Positions 56,673-64,000 of a stretch of 64,000 nt of DNA are shown here, one piece after another. Numbering within the stretch: position 1 is the first letter of the stretch; the number at the start of each line of letters is the position of its first letter. This DNA comes from Eledone cirrhosa. Its lineage: Eukaryota. Under the pieces are notes generated by a model. It made no database searches, had not been told where the DNA came from, and saw only the letters and a program-made list of their open reading frames with translations. Both the position numbers and the translations under genes were made by a program. The stretch lies in NCBI GenBank assembly GCA_964016885.1, contig OZ024742.1, positions 23,560,001 through 23,624,000 on the forward strand, written 5' to 3'.

Positions 56673-56987
56673 TAATGAGAGGTAAACATATATATGTGCA
56701 TACATGCATACACATGTATATATACCCATATATTTTTACACAAGTATGTGAGATTGTGTGTTGTCGTCCTTAACCAGTGTTGGACTCTGATTATGAGAGA
56801 CAAGATAATCGGAATAATTAAATTGACTCGTTATCAGTTTAATTATTTCGATCATCTTGTCTCTCATATTCAGAGAGCAACACTGGTTAAGGTCGACAAC
56901 ACACAATCTCACATACTTGTGAACAAATATATGTGTATATATACATGTGTATGTATGTATGCACATATATATGTGTACCTCTCATTA
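56673..56987. repeat. ~145-bp-arm imperfect hairpin
   Basis: 56673-56820 is a diverged reverse complement of 56840-56987; no hammerhead core seen. Confidence 0.75.
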
Positions 56988-57420
56988 TATATATATATAT
57001 ATAAAGATGTGAGAAAAACCACAGACCATCTATCTCAACTATACTTTTGAAAAGCAGAAGAACTGCGAAGCTGGTAAAGGAACCAAATAAATATATATAT
57101 TTTTTTTAAAATAACACTCCAGTTGGATTTTCGATTTCATCTTTTTTTCTTTATATTTTCACTCGTGTAGGACACCTGGGTTATTTTTCATTTTGTAAAA
57201 AAAACCTCACTTTCTAATATATATATATATATATATAAATATATTGTTGACAAACAAACGAACAAAGCTGCGTTATAATAAACGTCGGCTAAACTGATGC
57301 GTGCATATATGTATGTGTACCTGTGTGCATATATGTATATATATGTGTATATATATATATATGTATATATATATATGCATGCTACTGTACGTCTGTATAC
57401 ATATATGTATGTACGTATAC

Positions 57421-57975
57421 CATGGTCGGGTCGTTGGCGACTAAACTGGCAACCTCACCAAGGTTTCTTGGTGAGGAGGGTGACTTTGGACATCCTGCAG
57501 GACTAAAAACAAAACCTGTCAAAAGGCAAAGGAGCTCTTAAGAGTCAATGGCCATCCAAAATCACCGGGAGAGATGACCCCTTAGCCTTTGTCAAGGCAG
57601 AATTCTAGGAGAAGGAAAACTCTGATATAACACCTGCAACCCTGATGGTATCCAATGATGTTGACTTGTTCTTCTTTTTGGTAAATATCATCTTGGTTAA
57701 GAGAGTGGGACTGGCTTTGTGCAGTGCCTTTGCTCACTATAAAAGCTTCACGGCACAGGCATTGCTTTATATCTGGAGATCTCTCTGCATTTGTCGTCAC
57801 ATGGTACCATGGGCCCAGCACTATGTGTCAATAATTGTCACAAGTGTAGTGTTTGTACCAGAGCTTTCAAGTCGCTGGCTGGACTAAAAAGTCACACTCG
57901 TTCAGCGCATCAGTAGGGGTTCTCCTACATGGATATAAAGTAGTGGCCGTACTCGAAAACGAGTTGGCAGCCACC
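57421..57975. mobile_element. 555-bp insertion with 12-bp target-site duplication; family unassigned
   Basis: ATGTACGTATAC at 57409-57420 and 57976-57987, single in the uninterrupted monomers. Confidence 0.8.
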
Positions 57976-58181
57976 ATGTACGTATACATACATACTTACA
58001 TTTAAGTAAGTGCCATACTAAGAGTGAGAAATGAAATTTCGTTTTCATTTTTTTTCAACTTATCGTTTTCGGTATGCCTGACCGATTTAACTCACTCAAT
58101 ATGCAAATTAGGCTGCTCAGCCGTTAATTTTCATAAGGAAAGTATATACTTTCGAACGTTCAACTATCTGGCAGATGGGTA

Positions 58182-58226
58182 AACGGTGCTGATGATAGCT
58201 AACAAGCTTGAAACTAGTACATCGTT
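58182..58226 (+). ncRNA. Minimal type I hammerhead, family K (second copy 58676-58720)
   Basis: AACGGUG-CUGAUGA-U AGCU aaca AGCU U-GAA-ACUAGU-A-CAUCGUU; predicted cut after 58219. Confidence 0.88.
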
Positions 58227-58403
58227 CCTGTGTCAGTGTTGAACAAAAAGGTGACGTGGTTGCCTTAACACCGTATGGCATAAATTCAGGCTGTTCTGTT
58301 TGTTGACAAACAAACGAACAAAGCTGCGTTATAATAAACGTCGGCTAAACTGATGCGTGCATATATGTATGTGTACCTGTGTGCATATATGTATATATAT
58401 GTG

Positions 58404-58438
<35 letters not shown>

Positions 58439-59507
58439 GCATGCTACTGTACGTCTGTATACATATATATATGTACGTATACATACATACTTACATTTAA
58501 GTAAGTGCCAAACTAAGAGTGAGAAATGAAATTTCGTTTTCATTTTTTTCAACTTATCGTTTTCGGTATGCCTGACCGATTTAACTCACTCAATATGCAA
58601 ATTAGGCTGGTCAGCCGTTAATTTTCATAAGGAAAGTATATACTTTCGAACGTTCAACTATCTGGCAGATGGGTAAACGGTGCTGATGATAGCTAACAAG
58701 CTTGAAACTAGTACATCGTTCCTGTGTCAGTGTTGAACAAAAAGGTGACGTGGTTGCCTTAACACCGTATGGCATAAATTCAGGCTGTTCTGTTTGTTGA
58801 CAAACAAACGAACAAAGCTGCGTTATAATAAACGTCGTCTAAACTGATGCGTGCATATATGTATGTGCACCTGTGTGCATATATGTATATATATGTGTAT
58901 ATATTTATATATGTATATATATATGCATGCTACTGTACGTCTGTATACATATATGTATGTACGTATACATACATACTTACATTTAAGTAAGTGCCATACT
59001 AAGAGTGAGAAATGAAATTTCGTTTTCATTTTTTTTCAACTTATATAAATATATATATATATATTATATATATAAATATATATACAAATGCAGATTGAGA
59101 TGAAATCATGTGTTGAAACAGATATTATTATATGTGGGGAGGATCATGTCCTATTATTGTCAAAAATAATAATTGTTTCTACTTTTTGGCACAAGGCCAG
59201 CAATTATCCCAGTGTATTACTGGTACTTTCTTTTATCGACCCCCGTTAAGATGAAAGGCAAAGGTAACCTCAGCGGGATTTTGAACGCAGACCATAAAGG
59301 GCCGTAACTCTTTGCTGCAAAGCATGGCGTCAGACCCTCTACCGATACTACCAATCCACAGCCCTGTCAAAAATAATAATAAAACACACTTATTGTTTGC
59401 TTTGGCTTTCGCTTCAGTTGAGTATAGCTTTATACTTTGTTTGATATCCATAATAGATGTTTTATTTACCGGCGTATTATACATTAGCTGCGTGTATATG
59501 TAAACAT

Positions 59508-59556
<49 letters not shown>

Positions 59557-60053
59557 AAATAAAATTATTCTTTCTGCATCATTTCTTTAACATGTCCAAC
59601 ACCACCATTCTACACCAATACATATTATTATCATTTGATAATGCATAAAAATGCTGAACCTGCAATAGACAATTATTAAATATATAAATAAATAAATAAA
59701 TGCCATTGTTAATTAATAAATAAATCAACTAATACCTTAACACTTCACACATAAAATATTTTGTTTTAATCATTTTCTAGCCCAGAAAAATAGAGAGAGA
59801 AAAATAAAAAGGGAAAAAAATATTTTTTTCTTCCTAATAATCGTCTTTTTCTCCGTTTTCATATATATATATATCCCAGCCAGTGTTTTCATTACAGTAT
59901 TCTGACAAGGAGTTTGTGGGACTGAAATATTAGGCCAGGTACATAAAATAAAATGTAACAAACTAACATCTTCGTTACTTTCAATTTATTCCCATATCTA
60001 TCGTTTATTTTGTTTTGTCGTAGCCTTCGTATAACATACGTAATATGCGACTT

Positions 60054-60197
<144 letters not shown>

Positions 60198-60617
60198 GGC
60201 TTGTGTATATAAGGTATATTTCAAATGTAACAAGACTGTAGAAGACTGTGCTGCTGCTATTTCTTAAATGCCACTCTTATCTACGATAAACACGGGAATT
60301 CTTGTAGTTTTGGATATCTTGAACATACTCATAAAATAATTTCTTGCATGTTAACTATAGAATAAGATATAGGTTAATACAGATTCCTGATACTATATTT
60401 TCTGACTAAATTCTATTATTTCATAAGCTATAATGATCCCTCCGGTGCTATCGTTCTCTCTAATACGGAATGAAGAATATAATTATGTTTTATTAATATC
60501 TGATTCATGTTAGGTTATAAAGTTGCTTTGTTGTGTTAAAACCTTGAAAAAAAGTAGATGTTATTAAATTAGAATACTCATATATGTGTGCATGTGTGTG
60601 TGTGTGTGTGTGTGTGT

Positions 60618-60652
<35 letters not shown>

Positions 60653-60997
60653 GTGTAAAACGTAAAGGGACATAACAAAGCAAACAACATAGTACATTGA
60701 AAAAATATATTAGTTTAACGCTTGAAATAACAGGAAAAGAGTCATAACGTTTCGAACACAAGGCTTCCATCAGAAGATAGAAGTAGAAATAAAAGATGAA
60801 ATAGAACGATAAAGAGTGAAAAGAGGAAGGAAAGGAAAACAAATGAAAGAAAAAAAAACACTCGTGGTTATTCAGATTGTCCTTGTTGTCAACATTTACC
60901 TTTCTATTATCAAAAAAACTATTTAGCATAATTTTAGATATCGAATACAAGTCAAGATGTGCATTAAAATTTAATTATTTTAGCAAGAATGTACATA

Positions 60998-61150
60998 ACA
61001 TATTTCCCGGCGCCGAAGACGCACCCTAATTTTGACAACCAACAATTTGAAAAAAGGTAATAAACAACTTTCGGCCTCAAGGACACATGGTAGATTTTTG
61101 AGACATATTTTAGGAAAAAAGTAGCGTCTTCAACGCCAGGAAATACTGTA
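60998..61150. mobile_element. MITE with pogo/Tc1-like terminal inverted repeats
   Basis: TATTTCCCGGCGCCGAAGACGC / GCGTCTTCAACGCCAGGAAATA imperfect TIRs around ~100 bp. Confidence 0.6.
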
Positions 61151-61379
61151 GTTACAGTTTCGTACATGAGTACAAGGTCAAAATATTTAGCGGGGGAACG
61201 AGTTGGTTATATCTTACACAGTATTTCATGTGTGGTTTATTTTGTCAACTCTGTGGGACGAAGAGCAACGTGATTGTATATAGAAATAGGTATTTACTTG
61301 ATTATCATATACATTAGAGAGCTTAAGATAATTAGAAAAACACTACAGATATTTAAAAACGGAAAAAGGTGGGAAAAAC

Positions 61380-61660
61380 AATGGCTCTAATGCCATAGAA
61401 GTTTGGGAAGAAGGGGGTGATATGCTCTGGGATTAGGGTGCGGCTGTGTTGGGGCTGCGCTCCGCGGACAAGATCACGAAAGCATTTCCGAGGAAAATGG
61501 CCAACAACACCCGATGCAAGAGCCCCCACACCCTCCTCGTGGTGCTCCTTCCTCAGACGGGCTGCTGTTGTGCGTCACTCACTGAAAGGGGGTTGACTGA
61601 GGAATAAAGGCGGTAGTGACAAACTATTGAAAACAGCGTCCAGCTTTCTAAGATGCGTTA
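61380..61660 (-). pseudogene. Possible CRE-like (restriction-like endonuclease) non-LTR 3' fragment
   Basis: GC-rich island; translation GLLHRVLLAIFLGNAFVILSA resembles the QRxSxAIxRGNAxxIL terminal motif, recalled rather than aligned. Confidence 0.35.
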
Positions 61661-64000
61661 CACTTGTGTGAGTATATATGTAGCGATAATGACTATTATA
61701 ATTGTGTACGAATGTGTATTTGTGTGAATATCTTTATACTTGTGTGAGTGTTTGTACATTTATATTTATACACTCATACACTCATACATATAGATGTATA
61801 CATAAGCACACCAATATATGATCTCAGTTATCTATTTTAGTTGTGGATAGTTTCTTCACAAAACGTTTTGTAATTATAGAATTATTAAACTAAGTACTTA
61901 GTTTGTACCCGTTTTCTATATAAAATACTATAATTTTACAGTACAGGGCCAGCCCTTTCATTATATAATGCTTTACTGACACCATCTTTTGTAACATTAA
62001 CATCAAAAGCTGTTTACAATATCCGCCGAAAAAATAAACACAGCATGTACAGATTAAACTTGGTGGCATATAAATTCTCCCATGTCAAATGTTATTTGCT
62101 AGGCATTACAATGTTTATATTGTATATTAAATTGATAGAAATGCATTCCAAATCTGCGATGTCAACACTCTAAATGATCCTGGTTGCTGATTATTACAAA
62201 AGGATTATGATTCTCCAGCGTATTCAAAAATATATTAATAGATGTCTATTTATCATGTACTTAAAAGGCCAAGAATCATATATTCCCTGTCAAGTTGTAT
62301 TATTTAAGGACTACATATGCCCACAAAATATATTGTTTCTGTGATAAATCAAAGATTATCGCTAAGAGGTTGGTGAGATTAATATGTTGTACTAAAGATT
62401 TTTATCTTGGTAAAATGGAATATTTGTTCTTTAGAGCATGTAACAAAATAACACCACACATTCAAAATGCCATAAACCTTTACATAACAACAAAATATTG
62501 AACAAATAAAATATTTAAATTTATATTTCAAATCAATAAAACAAACGAAAATAAAATAAAAACAAATTTTTAATTTCAAATTCATAATATTATTCATTTA
62601 TTTATTTATTTAATTATTTATTTATTTATTCATTTATTTATTACTGCCATGTATATTTTACTACGTTCAATAATTTTATTATTATCATTTTGTGTTTTAT
62701 ATTTTATTTTTGCGCCTTTCCTTTTGAAACTTTAAGGCTGCACATTAAATATAGAGTATGGTTAAACTATTACTGATAGAAATGAAAACCTAAACATTGT
62801 CAGTGTTCTAAAGGTTTAACGTCCATGACTACGTATCTCGGATTTGAGGCAGAAATGCTATAAAGATGATTGATAAAAACATTTTTAATTGACTTCTCAT
62901 TATTGACATTTCTTAAAACGATTCCGTGCTTAAAAAAATTTAACTCATTAATTTTTATTTTATTATGTTTTATTATCCTTACTGTTATTATTTTCATTAT
63001 CACTTTTATTTTTATTGTTATTGCTGGGGCTGTTATTGTTGTTGTTGTTGTTGTTGTTATTGTTGTTGTTGTTGTTGCTATAAATGTTCTTGTTGGTGTT
63101 ATTGCTGTTAATGATATGCCAAATTAAAATGACCCTGGATTTTTTGTTCCTATCGTTTTGGTTATTTTGCATCATTTATTTTCCTGCGTCTCAGTCTATG
63201 TCTCTCTCTCCCGTTGTTCTCTCTCTCTCATCTCTCTTTCTCACCCCTCTCTCATCCCTGTCTCTCTCTCTCTCTCTCTCACCTCTCTTTCTCCCCTGTC
63301 TATCCCTCTCTCTCACCCCTCTTTCTCAATCAGTCTCTCTTCATCTCTATATCTTCCAAAATTAAATTTTAAATTAAAAAAATTAAAAATGAATGTTTAT
63401 TTTTGTTTTAAATATATTTTTCAAACTATTTTAGTTTCTTTTTTGTTGTTATTTCCTCTATTTTCGTTTCGTTTCAGTGAACCAGGCTTATTTATTGACT
63501 CAACTTATCAACCAACTATTTGGTTCACTTAGCTTAGATTGGGAACTGATCAGTTAACAATGAAATCAGTTTTATTTGTTCCTCCACCCACACGACCACC
63601 ATCATCATCATCACTATCATAACGATGTTCTCCCTCTCTCTTAATTTTTCTCTTTCCCACTTTATGTATCTTTTACTCACTCTTTATCCCTTACACTTTC
63701 TCTATATCTTAATATATCTGTCCTTCTCATTCTTCTCAGTCTCTCTATTCGTCTTTCTGTTTCTATCTATGTCCCTGCCTCTCTCTTATTTTCTATCTAT
63801 ATATCCCTGATTCTCTCTATCACTCATATTTTGTATACATCTTTTTGTTTTGTTTCTATCTCTACGTTTCTATATTCTCTCATGTCTCTGTCAGTCTCTC
63901 TCTGTATATTTCTCTCTCTTTCTTGCTCTCTTCTTTTAATCAAACATCATACAAGGATATTGTTTTCAAACTAGCAATCAATAAGACGTTTCTAGATGTT

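Larger units (their letters stand above)
57246..59043 (+). repeat. Family K retrozyme-like tandem, ~494-bp monomer, ~2.5 copies, first copy interrupted
   Basis: ttgacaaacaaacgaacaaagctgcg at 57247, 58302 and 58797; hammerheads 494 bp apart; TA flanks. Confidence 0.85.

Noticed and set aside
60741-60777. Minus-strand CUGAUGG...GAAACGUUA hammerhead-like motif
   Set aside because: A9 is substituted and stem I does not pair; at best a decayed pLTR ribozyme, so not counted.
61520-61610. CCCTCCTCGTGG as an HDV-like ribozyme L3
   Set aside because: P1.1 GG and P2 cannot be formed.

Overview
AT-rich, repeat-dominated eukaryotic DNA with no confidently identifiable intact host gene. It is probably cephalopod (Octopus), inferred from its tRNA-derived SINE families and (TA)n/(CA)n/(GA)n load; this is not verified. 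Most ORF-track entries are microsatellite translations. Recognisable coding remnants all belong to retroelements: a near-full-length but frameshifted Tx1/L1-type LINE (minus, ~23.7-29.4 kb), a 5'-truncated Penelope-like element (RT + GIY-YIG, plus, from 46.5 kb), a second Penelope GIY-YIG tail (minus, ~19.8 kb) and RTE fragments. The main hidden signal is RNA. By eye I find about 33 type I hammerhead-ribozyme motifs in 11 sequence-unrelated families (CUGANGA...GAAA core with pairable stems I-III). Seventeen of them lie in two near-homogeneous 312/310-bp tandem arrays (7.1-8.7 kb and 10.5-14.5 kb) that look like non-LTR retrozymes, and 494-, 481- and 525-bp monomer families carry their own hammerheads. 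Nearly all of these elements sit in (TA)n tracts and share one architecture: an inverted partial copy joined to sense copies, with both RNA 3' ends facing outward. This points to a TA-targeted, Penelope-driven ribozyme/retrozyme system. Structures were folded by eye, and activity is untested.
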